DNA of 64,000 bases from Calditrichia bacterium (GCA_963796965.1 CAWCNS010000005.1:672001-736000), one strand, 5' to 3'. Positions 19,422-31,699 are shown, numbered from the stretch's first letter. Notes: generated from the letters alone by a model not told the origin. Made by a program: numbers and translations.

Positions 19422-22400
19422 TTACTCTTGCAGGAGAACCACTTTAGATATCATCAGACTGGATTCTGTTTCAGATTTGGCTTTTAATATAAGTTTACCG
19501 TCATTGCTATCTTCGCGCATTATATGGAACTTTACCCAGGAACCATCACCCTGGTATGAACCCAATTTGGATTTCCGCCCTTCAAACTCAAGCAAACCGG
19601 TCCTTTGGTTGTTGTTTAAATCGCTAAAATGGACAAGCAATGTTCCGAGTATTCCTTTGGGACAATCGATAGTGAGCTGCATGTCTTTCCCATGCCATAC
19701 GGCAGTACTTTCCTTTTTCAAAACACCCTCGGCAATTAAATTGTAACCAACATCTTTGGAGATCGCAACATCATCTAATTCAGACTTCCAGGGTTGAGAC
19801 TTGGTCTCTATTTGAAGGTTTCCGGCGGCATTCACAATCAAGATGGCATTATCATATTCATTTGGCCGGGAAGTGGTTTCAGCATTTGGAAGAGCAGGAA
19901 ATGCATTTTTTAGCCAGGCATAGGTGATGGTTTGCTTAGGGTCAAAATCCGAAGAATTCATGTATAACAACAAGTCTTTGCTTTAACTGTCTGGCAACGG
20001 GTAATTGAGATTTCAAATTGTAACCACAAACTAACAATTTTCCCTTTCCAACCTTTAACTCGAATATGGAACCAATTTTGTTATTTCGATGAAAATCATC
20101 CACAGGCTGTGCAATAGGCTTATATGAGGCGGGCAATTCATTCAAAATAAAGCCCTTAGCCAGATTGGAAATAGTTTCCCATTGCCAATCAGAATGGCAG
20201 GAGGTTGAAAAGTGATTAAATGCGGGATGACTATCTTTCAACAGCAGGCCCAGGCAGGTCTTTCCCTGACCGGGAAAAAAGGTTAATGACCAATACAAAG
20301 GATAAAAATTGGTTTCGACAGAAGTCTCCTCATTTCCTAGCGCATGAGCTAACAATAAGACTTTGCCGCCATTTCCCAGTACTTTATCCGTTATTTCATC
20401 CAATTTTTCCGAGATCAGCACATCTCCACTATCTATTTCCCTAAGCTTTGCCGGATACACCCAGATATCCCATTCATTTCTATAATCGGTTCCTTCAATA
20501 TCAATGGAAACAGATAGTTTTTCTGCCCTGTCGATTTCATTAAGTTTAAATTGGATTGTCCCTATATCAGTTAAAGTCCCTAATTCGAATGTCAGCTCGC
20601 CAAATATGCCCTGTGAAACTGTTTTACCATTTTCATTACAAATTTTCCAATGACAAACAGCCGTCACGGGCTCTTTTCCATGGTGAGAAATCTGAGCACG
20701 TGCGATGAAAGTTTCATGGGATTGCCAAACAAATTTCTCTATTCTTAACAGGGGGACAGTGGTAGTGTAATGTTCTCTGAATTTTTCTGGTGTGGTAATA
20801 CCTTTACTCTCCCAATGGGCATCGAGCCAGCCAATCAATGCTTCCCCTTGCCCCTGATAATCCTGCATACTTAACAATTGCACGCCGGCACAACTTGCGG
20901 TCCTTAGGAATGATTCCGTTTCGTATTTATACAGAAGCTGATTAAGTGCACCCGATGCTTTTGCAAAATCTACATCCTGATCTGCAATGCCGTTTTTTGA
21001 TGCCTGCTCTTTAAATTCTTCAAAATTACGCGCCTTTAGCACACCCGTATACTTATCAATTTCTGACCACTGCGGGTATACCGGCCATTGTCCGATTTCA
21101 TGCGCAATAATCGGAATATTCATTTTAGAATACGTTTCTTCAAAATCCCAATTGGTATCTGCACCCCTTAAACCACGGGTACGGCCAATATCCGAAATAA
21201 AGTGTGTTGCACAATAATCATCAACTTCTGTGATTTTTCTTGCTGTTGACACAGCGTATAATCTACGGGGATCTTTCAGTTTCAAATCTGCGACCCATTG
21301 TTTCGTCACATCAAAATCAGAATTGCCTAATTCATTGCCAATACAAAACATAATAAAGGAGGGGTGATTGCCATAGGTTTCAACCACACGATTCATCTCA
21401 GCTATAACAAAATTGTCGCGTAAGGTATCAAAACCAAGACCTTTCGGATGACCTTTTGTATCCATCTCCGGACGGCCACGGGCTACCATATCGGCACTCA
21501 TCCACCAGTCAATCCAAATCGATGCCTCTGCCTGTATATATATTCCAACCCTGTCAGCGGCTCTGAACGCCGCCTCCGGCGGACACCAGGAATGGAAACG
21601 GACATGATTTAATCCATAGTCCTTATATATCTTAAAGATGCGTTCCCAATCCTCCAGTTTGCATGAGGGATATCCGGTGAGAGGAAAGTGGACACAATCA
21701 AGATTTCCCCGCAGGAAAACTGGATTACCATTGATAAGTATTTTGGTTCCGTTATGACTTACCTGATAATATCCAAATTCCGTTTCAACTGTATCAGATC
21801 CCGTTTCGTTATTTAACCAGGTCTTCATAATGTAAACATGGGGTGTAAATTCACTCCACTTCTTAAGTTTTCCCTTGATTGCTAATATCAGATTAAACTC
21901 ATTTTGAGTTTCAGAGAGCGTAATATTCTTTTCACCGGAAAGGACTGTATCTCTGCTTTCGATTGAACCAATATTATATCCCAGGGTTACTTTATCACCC
22001 TTATTTAAACCTGCAAATATGGTAACAGCCAGTTCCTGATTATCAATGTCCGGATATATGTTAACCTTTTTAATTTGTAGTGATCCCCTGGCTCTTAATT
22101 CCATTTTTCCAACAATTCCATTCCAGATACTTTGAGTATAGTCACTATAGGCATGACCCTTGTCACCGATGTTATGGATCATATCGTTATTAATCTCAAT
22201 TGTTAAGGTATGTTTCCCAACGGAAAGTGATCCAATATCATGAACATGGGGAGTACCCAAAGCATCTGCCCGGCTTAGTTCTTTTTGATCAATAAATATC
22301 CGTGACTCCCAGAGTACACGTTCAAAAAAAACTTCAACTTCCTTATTTTCCCAAGTTTTAGGTACTTCTATTTCGCGGGTATATTTTGCTTTTCCAATAT

Positions 22401-22680
22401 ACTTGTATTCAGGAGTCAGAATTCCAAAGTCCGAACCCGTTGTCTTGTATCCAAATCCTTTTTCTGCGAGAGATGCCGGTAGTTCAATCATTCCTTCAAG
22501 GTTAAAATTATCCGGGTATTGCTCTGACAATTCGAGATTACCTTCCAATTGAACATGCCACTTTCCGGATAGATCAATCTTATTCTGGGCAAAAAGCACT
22601 TGTAAACCTAAAAGAAAAATGAGACTAAACAGTAATAATCCTTTATTCATAACTTTCTCAGTTCTTATAATCCAAATCAT
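19422..22680 (-). CDS. Glycoside hydrolase family 2 (frameshift ~19975)
   Basis: GLNHVRFHSWCPP, NHPSF...GNE, AHEIGQW; C-terminal ORF 19422-19973 continues after a 1-nt insertion. Confidence 0.87.
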
Positions 22681-22711
22681 AATAGCAAATAAAGATGTAT
22701 GGATCTTTTTG

Positions 22712-22870
22712 AATAAGCAAAATCAATTCCCCCCTTAAAGGGGGCTAGCCCCGAAGGGATGCCTTCGGCAGGGTATGTTTTTACCTGCCTTATAGAGAGA
22801 CCACATCCCCCTTAATCCCCCTTTCCAAGGGGGAGACAGGTTCTCGCTATACCATGAATATTGCTTAATA
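22712..22870. repeat. REPIN/MITE-like element built from inverted CCCCCTT-N-AAGGGGG palindromes
   Basis: AAGCAAAATCAATTCCCCCCTTAAAGGGGG ... TTAATCCCCCTTTCCAAGGGGGAGACAGGTTCTCGCT; homologous to 62822-62908. Confidence 0.75.
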
Positions 22871-22900
22871 ACCGATACTGTCGAAAAGACACAACAAATG

Positions 22901-23980
22901 TTATAAGGTAACAACTTGCGCCGTGCGAACCGATTCGTCCGCAGCCAGGACTATGCGTAAACTATTTACAGCATCATTCAAATGGTCGGTTAAATCCAGG
23001 TCTTCACGGATTGCACGCAGAAAGTATGCCTGTTCAAGGTTACATAGTTCCTGATGATCAGGTTCATCTTTGGTATTTATAAGTTGATCTTCCCTTAGAA
23101 AATGCCCCTTTTTATCAAGATCAGAATAATGAATCCGGATACAATTGGTTTTTGTGTGCGAGTCAATATCTGATGAATCACCGTCCAAGCCATCCATTGA
23201 TTTCACGATGCTGACACACCCTTTTGGGCCCACCACATCCTTTACAAAAAACGCTTCTTCGCTCATCATCGGACCCCAGCCGGCTTCATACCAGCCCACT
23301 GATCCATCATCGAACACGACCTGGAGCTGACCATAATTGTAGATCTCCGGCTTAACCTCATCTGTCAGCCTGGCACCAATGGCATACACCCTAACCGGCT
23401 GTGCGCCTGTCATTTGGCACATGATATCAACATAATGTACGCCACAATCCACGATAGGCGGAAAACTCTCCATGAGACGTTTCTGCCATTCCCAGTCCTC
23501 ACCGGAACTCTGCTGGTTTAGGTTCATGCGCATAACAAGCGGTTTACCCATTGTTCGGGCTTTCTCCACGAATATTGTCCATGCCGGATGATGTCTTAAA
23601 ATATAGCCTACAACTACTTTTTTACCTGTAGTGAGGGATGCGTTCTTGACAGATTCTGCCTGTTCTACAGTATGGGCAATGGGTTTTTCAGCAAAAACAT
23701 GTGCACCGGCTTCAATGGATTTTAAGGCGAATTCTGCGTGGGTGTCGGGAAAAGTATTAACTGATACGGCATCTGGCTTTGTGGCATCCAGAGCCTTATA
23801 AAAGTTATCGAACTGCGGTATTCCTCCCAGTCTGGCGGATAACGCCTCACGTGTTTTTGGCCCCCGGCTGACAAGGCCAACAATTTCAAATCCATCCAGT
23901 TTATCATAGGCCATGGCATGAGACGCCCCCATATTACCACATCCCACCACGAGTACACGGATTGTATCGCTCATAAACAT
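22901..23980 (-). CDS. Gfo/Idh/MocA family oxidoreductase
   Basis: VVGCGNMG, AEKP, DCGVH. Confidence 0.92.
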   Translation of the reverse strand: MFMSDTIRVLVVGCGNMGASHAMAYDKLDGFEIVGLVSRGPKTREALSARLGGIPQFDNFYKALDATKPDAVSVNTFPDTHAEFALKSIEAGAHVFAEKPIAHTVEQAESVKNASLTTGKKVVVGYILRHHPAWTIFVEKARTMGKPLVMRMNLNQQSSGEDWEWQKRLMESFPPIVDCGVHYVDIMCQMTGAQPVRVYAIGARLTDEVKPEIYNYGQLQVVFDDGSVGWYEAGWGPMMSEEAFFVKDVVGPKGCVSIVKSMDGLDGDSSDIDSHTKTNCIRIHYSDLDKKGHFLREDQLINTKDEPDHQELCNLEQAYFLRAIREDLDLTDHLNDAVNSLRIVLAADESVRTAQVVTL

Positions 23981-24070
23981 TTCCTTTCTCTGGACAATAT
24001 ATTATGATTTTATTTTATATATCGACTTTGTCTATTTCCGAATGATCTACTTAATTGTTTATCTTATTTT

Positions 24071-24149
24071 TTACCACTAAGTACACAGAGAAAAAATTCT
24101 TATTAAAAACATTGTGGTCTTAGTGCCTTCTTTGCGTACTTTGTGGTAA
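24071..24149. repeat. CAC(A/G)(A/G)AG-type inverted repeat cluster
   Basis: TTACCACTAAGTACACAGAG ... CTTTGCGTACTTTGTGGTAA. Confidence 0.75.
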
Positions 24150-24165
24150 ATATCTTATTTGATCT

Positions 24166-24825
24166 TTAATTAATAACACCCCATTCTAAAACGACAAATC
24201 CTTCTCTTTTAAAGATCGGTAACTGCGGGGGTTCGATCGATCTGGTATCCTTCTGCTCTTCAATCAAATAAAAAACCCGTATGAGATTATCTGGTTCTTT
24301 AGAAAATCGTAAAGCGATGATATCTTCCAGTTCCTCATTAAATGATGGGTAAATGACATAAAACCTGGAGGTATCAAGCAGCGGAATCCAGTAATCTATA
24401 AAATCCTCTATCTCTTTTTGTGAGAATAATAATGCTTCCAGATTGTTTTTAAAAAACGAACTCAGATCGGTACCTGCCACTTGCCATCCGAATTCTTTCT
24501 GAATTACCGGCGGGATCTGTGCCTCATAAAATAAAAACTGGTAGTGATTGTTTATCAGCCCGGAAGGCATTACGTCAATCTCCCACCCGGTATTGTATTT
24601 GGGAGTTGATTCAATGATTTTTCCACCCTGGGGAAAATCTATGGTAATACCCAAATTTATCTTCTCAGTTGGATATATGTAAATATTTGGTTTCCTTACG
24701 ACGACATCTCCGTGATTGGTTGTATCATTATCATAAAATGCGGTGATAGGATCGGTATTTTTTTCACAATTAATCATAAATAATCCGATTAAAATCACAA
24801 CAATATAGTAAAATAAATTTCGCAT
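24166..24825 (-). CDS. Hypothetical lipoprotein (KPxIYxYP family)
   Basis: Lipobox INC; KPNIYIYP, DFIDYWIP, VLEWG. Confidence 0.7.
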   Translation of the reverse strand: MRNLFYYIVVILIGLFMINCEKNTDPITAFYDNDTTNHGDVVVRKPNIYIYPTEKINLGITIDFPQGGKIIESTPKYNTGWEIDVMPSGLINNHYQFLFYEAQIPPVIQKEFGWQVAGTDLSSFFKNNLEALLFSQKEIEDFIDYWIPLLDTSRFYVIYPSFNEELEDIIALRFSKEPDNLIRVFYLIEEQKDTRSIEPPQLPIFKREGFVVLEWGVIN

Positions 24826-24881
24826 ATATTTTCCAATCTTAGTATTACTGATAGCTTATGCTAAACGAACAAGTCGTTTGC

Positions 24882-25325
24882 CTATTTCGCTCCGCGATTT
24901 AAACATTTTTTCATCAGATAGTGGCTTTTAGTTACTTTATATATCTCATAGCCAAGTCTTTCATATAATTTGTTTGCTGGATTATCAAGAAAGACTTCTA
25001 GATACAAGGTATTAAATCCTCTCCCAATACACTCGCGTTCGCAATGAGAAATGACCTCACTTCCCAAACCTTTATTCTGAAAGGAAGAATTAATCTGTAT
25101 ATTCTTTAAATGGGCTTTTCGCGCGAAATTTAAAACAAAAAAACCTGCATTCTCGCCCTTATATTCAATAATCCATGTAATTTTCGGACAAATATCTTTT
25201 TTGTAAATAGCAGAATTCCATCCCCCCCAATACTTATCCACATAATGTCTCATATTTTCACGATGCAGGTCATGCGTATACTGGTAATCGCCTGTTGCAT
25301 ATGGACGAATTCGTGGCTGTGACAT
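24882..25325 (-). CDS. GNAT family N-acetyltransferase
   Basis: FQNKGLGS, NPANKLYERLGY. Confidence 0.9.
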   Translation of the reverse strand: MSQPRIRPYATGDYQYTHDLHRENMRHYVDKYWGGWNSAIYKKDICPKITWIIEYKGENAGFFVLNFARKAHLKNIQINSSFQNKGLGSEVISHCERECIGRGFNTLYLEVFLDNPANKLYERLGYEIYKVTKSHYLMKKCLNRGAK

Positions 25326-25414
25326 TACTAATTAGTATTTCCTTTATATTGAATTAAACTTTAGTACTCGTGAATGAATATTCTATTTAATCCTTAGTTT
25401 GTACTGCCCCATTA

Positions 25415-26716
25415 TTAATAGTCGTTCTGTTCTCTTAATTTATCAGGTTTTAAATGCCATTCCAGATTATTAGGTGGTGTAACGGTTAGTTCTTCCGGTT
25501 TTGGTAATCTTCGCAGTTGGGGTGTAAAATCGTAAGAAATTGGTGCGGGACGCGTCGTGCCGCCTCTGTTAACATATTCCCAGACAATTTCACCATCAGG
25601 TTTCACTTGAAAAAGTCTTCCCGTGTTGTCTTCGACTATGAATGTATTGCCATTTGGAAGGCGTTTCTGTGTCCCCATTGTCTTACTAAAAAACTTAATA
25701 TTTGCATATCCTGTCGTTTCGTATTTCCAAACAATCTCTTTCGTAACTGGATTTATCTCAATAATAAATGTTTGTCCCGTATGTTTTCTATGCCTTGTAA
25801 AAAGTCCATTGTCGAATAAGATAATATTACCTGCCCCGGGTAAACCCTTTTCTATCATTTCTGGCTCGTGACAATGGGCCATGCCCCCCTTGTAGGTATG
25901 GGTTCCCTCCCAGACAATTTTCTTCGTCTTTTTGTCAATGATATACATCGTGTCAATATTTCTCGCATTGAGCAAGATATTACCCGGTCTGAATCTTTCA
26001 TCACCCCCATCAAACCATTTATTTTCCGGTAGGGGTGCAATTGAATTTACATGTAGCCAATCACCCTTTGGCGTGGCCGGAGAGAATCTGTTCAGATCAA
26101 GATGATTATAGGCATGCCACTCCCATACGATTTCCCCTTTCAAATTAATTTCATAGAGATCCGCACTAAGTTGCTTTTCCTCACTTCCTCTCTTTCGCGG
26201 TTCCCACCAAGGTGCAACTTCGATATCCCTTACCTTGCTCTGAAATTCCTCCGGCATCGGTTGATGTGCTAAGAGCAGACGGTTATTATTAGGTAGAATA
26301 CGCAAATCGTTTTTTGAGCCGATACCTTTGTGACGCCACACCTCATTTCCGTCCCAATCATATTCAATAACCATTTTGGTAGGACCGGCATATATCAGAT
26401 GGCCATTAGAGAGCAATCTGCTTCGCTTGTTAAAAGCGGGCTCTACCTTCCAGGTATGGACGACCTTACCATTCATGTCGATGAGTCTTATATCATCCGG
26501 GAAGGTGCCGGTATTTTCTGCCCTGGTTTTGGCGTCGGGATGGTTACCCATTTTTGCATGGTCAGAGATTAGAATATAACTACTGTAAGCTTCCGATGGC
26601 TTATAAATAGTAGTACCCGTCGGGAATATCGTTTGTCCTATCGTCTCAGAAAGGGAGAAAATAAAGAACAGGAATACTCCTGCGAGGATCAAAACATGAA
26701 GATTGTTTTTATTCAT
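25415..26716 (-). CDS. Aryl-sulfate sulfotransferase family protein
   Basis: DWLHVNS, IILFDNG, QKRLPNGNT, GEIVWEY. Confidence 0.85.
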   Translation of the reverse strand: MNKNNLHVLILAGVFLFFIFSLSETIGQTIFPTGTTIYKPSEAYSSYILISDHAKMGNHPDAKTRAENTGTFPDDIRLIDMNGKVVHTWKVEPAFNKRSRLLSNGHLIYAGPTKMVIEYDWDGNEVWRHKGIGSKNDLRILPNNNRLLLAHQPMPEEFQSKVRDIEVAPWWEPRKRGSEEKQLSADLYEINLKGEIVWEWHAYNHLDLNRFSPATPKGDWLHVNSIAPLPENKWFDGGDERFRPGNILLNARNIDTMYIIDKKTKKIVWEGTHTYKGGMAHCHEPEMIEKGLPGAGNIILFDNGLFTRHRKHTGQTFIIEINPVTKEIVWKYETTGYANIKFFSKTMGTQKRLPNGNTFIVEDNTGRLFQVKPDGEIVWEYVNRGGTTRPAPISYDFTPQLRRLPKPEELTVTPPNNLEWHLKPDKLREQNDY

Positions 26717-26741
26717 AATTAATTTCCTCGATAAATAATAA

Positions 26742-27383
26742 TCAAAGACAACACTGAGTCGCTTCCATATAGATGACTTCCATTGGTATTCCTTCTACCG
26801 GTTCAACGATACAAAGGTCAATGATGAATCCTGAATCTCTTACCCAGGAAGTGACCTCATCTTTTGTATATCGAAGCGCAACGACATCTGATTCATCGCC
26901 ATAATCAATGGGACCACTGCCCTCCCAGGTTGCGATGACCAACTGTCCTTCCGGACGTAATATTCGGTTCCATTCTTTAATTGCCACCCTTACATTTTCA
27001 CGATCGAGGTGATGTAAAGCAAAATAATTTATAACAGCTGCTGAGGATCCGGATGAAAGCATGCTCAAATTGCGCATATCAGCTATCATTATTTTTGAAT
27101 TGGGTCCTAATTTCTTTTGGGTAATTTCGACCATCCGTGGAGATAAATCTATGCCGACAAGGTCTCGTTGCGGATCATAGCGTCGGTGATAAAGATCCAA
27201 CATATGTCCCGACCCGCATGAGGTATCAACAACCGGACCGGGTATATCTGTAATTCGTACCGCTAACCGGGATAAGGTATCTGCATAAACCGGGAGATCA
27301 ATCTCGTTATCCATCATCTTTTTATACGAATCAGCAGTCTTCTCATATAGTTTTCTAACTTCTTCCGGTGATGAAGTATCCAT
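26742..27383 (-). CDS. Class I SAM-dependent methyltransferase
   Basis: VDTSCGSG, GIDLSPRM, ILRPEG; start at MDTSS with RBS. Confidence 0.88.
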   Translation of the reverse strand: MDTSSPEEVRKLYEKTADSYKKMMDNEIDLPVYADTLSRLAVRITDIPGPVVDTSCGSGHMLDLYHRRYDPQRDLVGIDLSPRMVEITQKKLGPNSKIMIADMRNLSMLSSGSSAAVINYFALHHLDRENVRVAIKEWNRILRPEGQLVIATWEGSGPIDYGDESDVVALRYTKDEVTSWVRDSGFIIDLCIVEPVEGIPMEVIYMEATQCCL

Positions 27384-27489
27384 GTTATTCTCCCTGCCTC
27401 CCGGCAAGCATAATGTAGGATAAAAATTGAAAGTCAAATTTGGTAGTAAATGTAGCGGCGCGCTAAAAGGCTGTGTATAAAAGATTTTT

Positions 27490-27631
27490 AACCACGGAGA
27501 CACTCCCGTGATACGGGACAGGCCGGAGATTCACAGAGTATTAATAAAAGATATAAATATTTATTAACAATTATACCCATTTCTCAACTCCAAATTAATA
27601 AATCCGTGCAATTCTGTGTAATTCTGTGGTT
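27490..27631. repeat. CAC(A/G)GAG-type inverted repeat cluster with nested mini-hairpin
   Basis: AACCACGGAGACAC[TCCCGTGATACGGGA]...CACAGAG ... TCCGTG...TCTGTG...TCTGTGGTT. Confidence 0.75.
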
Positions 27632-27699
27632 GATTTTTTATTCTCACACAACCTCTTAATCGCCTCCTTACACTTACATGATGTGATAAATTATGTGAT

Positions 27700-28212
27700 T
27701 TAAAAATAGCTTTGATGTAAATATTTTATTTTATTGATATGATGGTCATCATGTTCAACCTGAAAATATAACATATCGCATAGCCGCATGGGTTTCTCTA
27801 ACCTGGGATGCCAAGCAGATTTATTGAATAACGCGGAATCGAGGCTTTCAAGTCTTTGAACATATTCCATCCGTTTTTCGCGAAATAGTTCTAAAAGATT
27901 TTGGATCCTCTCCAGATTATAATTTGCCTGGTTTGTTTTGGCACCGGAGACATCGGCTGGCCTAAGTGAATCAGCGCCGGACTCATAGTCGTCTAACCGG
28001 CCAATAAACAAATTCTCGGCTGATAGGAGATGCCCCACATTTTCCTGGATGGACCATGCATCATCCTTTTTGATAATAAGCAGGTTGCGGGGAATTGGTC
28101 GGACCAGTGATTCCAAAATATCCGGCGTTGCCATCAACCGTTCAATAAATTCCGGATAAAGTAAAAAATCAAATTCAAAATCAAATGTTCGGTCTACCCA
28201 TTTATTTTTCAT
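27700..28212 (-). CDS. DinB family protein
   Basis: WSIQENVGHL...EHDDHH metal-binding histidines. Confidence 0.9.
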   Translation of the reverse strand: MKNKWVDRTFDFEFDFLLYPEFIERLMATPDILESLVRPIPRNLLIIKKDDAWSIQENVGHLLSAENLFIGRLDDYESGADSLRPADVSGAKTNQANYNLERIQNLLELFREKRMEYVQRLESLDSALFNKSAWHPRLEKPMRLCDMLYFQVEHDDHHINKIKYLHQSYF

Positions 28213-28291
28213 ATATTCTGCCTCTATTTGTTGAAATAAAAAAACATTACAATCTGTGGACAGTACGATTATATTTCACACCCTGATGAAT

Positions 28292-28530
28292 ACATCCCCT
28301 GCCGAAGGCATCCCTTCGGGGCTATCCCCTTCCTCCAAAGGAGTCCCTTCGGGAAAAGGGGGAATAGATCATGCTACTCTCTATCTCGTATCACGTATCC
28401 CGGATCGAATAACAAATGCCTAAATCCCAATGTCAATTCAATGACCAATAACCAATCCCATATCCCGGATCAAGCGACAAATCCTCAATCCCCAATTCCA
28501 AATTCCGGAATTTCTCCAAAATCCCCACAG
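28292..28530. repeat. CCCC/GGGG palindrome with two nested inserts, followed by a degenerate heptamer tract
   Basis: ACATCCCCT[GCCGAAGGCATCCCTTCGGGGCT]ATCCCCTTC[CTCCAAAGGAGTCCCTTCGGGA]AAAGGGGGAA; then TATCTCG/TATCACG/AATCCCA-like units. Confidence 0.7.
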
Positions 28531-28539
28531 CTGACAATC

Positions 28540-30583
28540 CTATTCCGAAAAATTCATTCTGTTATAAATTTCAATAAAGCGAGGATCATTCCTGATAGGG
28601 TCCCAGATCCAAAAGTGTTTTAAAGAAACCATCATAAGTGACCGTTCACGATAACCTTTTTCGAGCCAGAAGATTGCCTCATCAGGCATTTCTAATAAGG
28701 TATATAACATGGCCGGGTTCAAAGGATCGAAAAACTCTTCCGGTTTAAGTATTTGTAGTACTTCATCTTTTTTACCCATTTGAATTTTTACCACAAGTAG
28801 ATCAAAATTAGCCAAATTCTGGTTCTGCCAAATAGTACTTGCCCTTTCAAATGAACTGAGCGCTTCTTCAAATTTCCCCAAATAACCTAATACGATTCCC
28901 TTCCAATGATGACCTTCACTGAAATTCGGATCAAGCTCCAAAGCATTATTAAATGAAACAAGCGCTTCTTCGAACCTTCCGGCAAAATAATAACATAATC
29001 CAAGTTGCCAGTGACTTTCAGCATGTAATGGATCGGTTTCTAAGTATTTGTTTAGAGACATTTATGGCATGATCAAAATCCTTATTTACGAATATATAAT
29101 AGTATGTAATAAATTCGTTTTGTTCCGGTAGTCCATATTGAATGGCTTTGTTATATTCGGAAAGGGTTGCCTCCCAATCCCAGTCATAAAAGAGATGAAT
29201 ATATGCCAAAACTTTATGTGCGCGTGGCTCATAGTTCATTCAGGCTGATCGCTTTTTGAGCAGCTGTTCTTGCTTTGGAGTATGCATCTGCTGTCGACAA
29301 TATATTGTAACCGGCAAAATGGAGGTACGTTTCACCGATATAGGCATGGGCTTCTGCATAATTGGGATCCAATTCAACTGCTTTTTCAAAGTACTCCATT
29401 GCTTTTACTTTACCCTCATAACCCTCTTAAAAAAATAGCTCCCCTTAAGAAACAATTCATATGCTTCCATATTTTGCGTCTGACTTTTGTTTTTCGAGAC
29501 CTCTTGAATATGCAGTTTAAGTTTTTCAACGATGCGGTTGGCAATTTCTTCCTGAACAGCAAAGATATCCTTCATTTCTCTGTCGTATGTTTCAGACAAG
29601 ATATGAAAGCCATCCTCTACATTGATAAGTTGGGCTGTAATACGTACCTGGTTTCCGGCTTTTCTTACACTCCCCTCCAATACCATTTTCACATCCAATT
29701 TTTCACCAATCATACGGATATCTTCATTTTTTCCCTTGAAAGAAAATGCTGAAGTCCGGCCGGCAACTTTCAATCCATCCACATTAACGAGAGAGTTTAA
29801 TATTTCTTCCGAAATTCCATCACTGAAATATTCCTGTTCCGGATCCCCGCTCATATTTTCAAAGGCAAGAACAGCAATTGATTTCATCTCATTTCCTGAA
29901 GACGGAATTGGGTTGGTGCCATATTTCAGATAAATAAATATAAGCACCGCAATTATGGACGAAATTATTATAGCACCTAAGAGCCCTTTTCTAATTTTTG
30001 ATTTTGACCTTTCTTATGTTTAGAGAGAAAGTCAGGAGTCTGTGTCAACTTTACCCTTAATATCTTCAGCCCTTGGAACGATGAGCCCCACATTGGAAAT
30101 AGCATAGACTTCAATAGGTTTTTCAACATTCTTTAACTTAAATGTCTTCAGCATCGAAGTCTTGATGGATTCCTGGTTTTTAATTTCGTCATAGACCTTG
30201 TCTGAGATAAAGACACTGCCAGGAACTGCCAGGGATTCTATCCGTGAGGCTACATTTACCCCATCTCCAATGATTTCCTCTTCACTGAATATAATGTCGC
30301 CGGTATGAATTCCGATTCTCACCGGTATGGCAGGGTCTTCCTGAAAGCCAAGCTGCATTTCGATCGCGCATTTTACAGCATCAATGGCACTATCAAAAAT
30401 GCTTAATGTGCCATCACCATAATATTGCAGAATCCTTCCTTTATGCTTTTCAGTGACAGAATTAAATATCTGTCGATGTTTGTCCCTGGATTGAATGGCT
30501 TTACCCTCATTTTGCTGCATAAGGGCCGTATATCCCTGGATATCGGTGAACATGATGGCGGCTAATTGACGGGAGCGATTCAT
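28540..30583 (-). CDS. Adenylate/guanylate cyclase + TolB-like + TPR protein, split by several frameshifts
   Basis: AIMFTDIQGYT, GDG, RIGIH, VNVASRIE; SIAVLAFENMSGDPEQEYFSDG; TPRs; DPIRNDPRF end. Confidence 0.85.
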
Positions 30584-30654
30584 AATGACAAATTTATAAA
30601 ATAGTTGGTTAACTTGCAGTTAATAAAGATTGCAAATGTTCTGGTTTAGAAGGA

Positions 30655-31482
30655 CTATCTTTTATTCTTTTGTGTATTTAAAAATTTGGCCAGGTCTTCA
30701 AGACGGTCGCTATTGATAAAGTCGACACCGGCATTCTGCTGAACTATCCAGGAAGCAGGTGTATCAGGTGCAGCCCAGAGACGGATCATTTGGCCATTGG
30801 CATGTACCTGTTGCACCAGAAACTCAAGTTTTTTCTGCTCTTCTGCCGGCATCCCCCCACTCCCATTCCATTTGAAGTGCGAGCGCCAGTTGTCACTAAT
30901 CCATGGCATTAGGTACCGGCTGGGTTTGTCAGCAAGGTCGGAGATACGTCCATCACAACCAACCCAGCGATACCTTTCTTTGGCCAGGGTTGATTTTGGC
31001 CGGTTGCCTGAAATGATTATTGTCAGCGCATTTATTTTGGTAGTGCTGTCATCAAACATGGTAAGCAGGGGATGGTAGGGTTTCAGTATATTTTTGAGTG
31101 CCGCGTAAGTGGTCTCCCCATCGGTTTTAAAATCGATTAATAAATAAAATGTTTCCGTTTCTTTCTGAACCCTTCCTCCCTGGGCTTGTATACGTTGGGC
31201 TAAGGGTTCGAGATAGAGTGCGGTCAGGGTTTTTCCCGGCCTTAATTGAGATTGATCATGGCCAATCAGCAGTTCACCGTCTGCCAGAAACACATCAGCC
31301 TCGACACTGGCAAAGCCATTGTCCAGGGCGTCCAGAAGTGGACGTTCGTGCATGTAATCATTATGGGCATGAGCTAATGATGGGGTAGCCGGTTGTTTTA
31401 CATCTTTTGTGGATTGAGCAGACGTTGTGCCCGCCAGTAACCATGGGAGTAGAAACCACACCCATCCTCCTGCTTTTTTCAT
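30655..31482 (-). CDS. PI-PLC / glycerophosphodiester phosphodiesterase-like protein
   Basis: HAHNDY, SVEADV, IDFK, GVDFINSD. Confidence 0.85.
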   Translation of the reverse strand: MKKAGGWVWFLLPWLLAGTTSAQSTKDVKQPATPSLAHAHNDYMHERPLLDALDNGFASVEADVFLADGELLIGHDQSQLRPGKTLTALYLEPLAQRIQAQGGRVQKETETFYLLIDFKTDGETTYAALKNILKPYHPLLTMFDDSTTKINALTIIISGNRPKSTLAKERYRWVGCDGRISDLADKPSRYLMPWISDNWRSHFKWNGSGGMPAEEQKKLEFLVQQVHANGQMIRLWAAPDTPASWIVQQNAGVDFINSDRLEDLAKFLNTQKNKR

Positions 31483-31699
31483 TCTTCTTTCTCCTTTTCC
31501 CCGGTAGTAGTTTCAAATCTAATATAGTTGGTTAAAATGCAGGTCTTTTTAAACGCTGAGAGCCGCAGAGGCAAAAAATTAAAAAATAAATCATGCAAAA
31601 TACAAAAAGAGCAATAAGGACGTTAGTAGATTAATAAAATTGTTTTTGTTTTTTATTCGCCTCTTTGCCCCACCTACGGTGGTCAATGCTAAAAAATGT

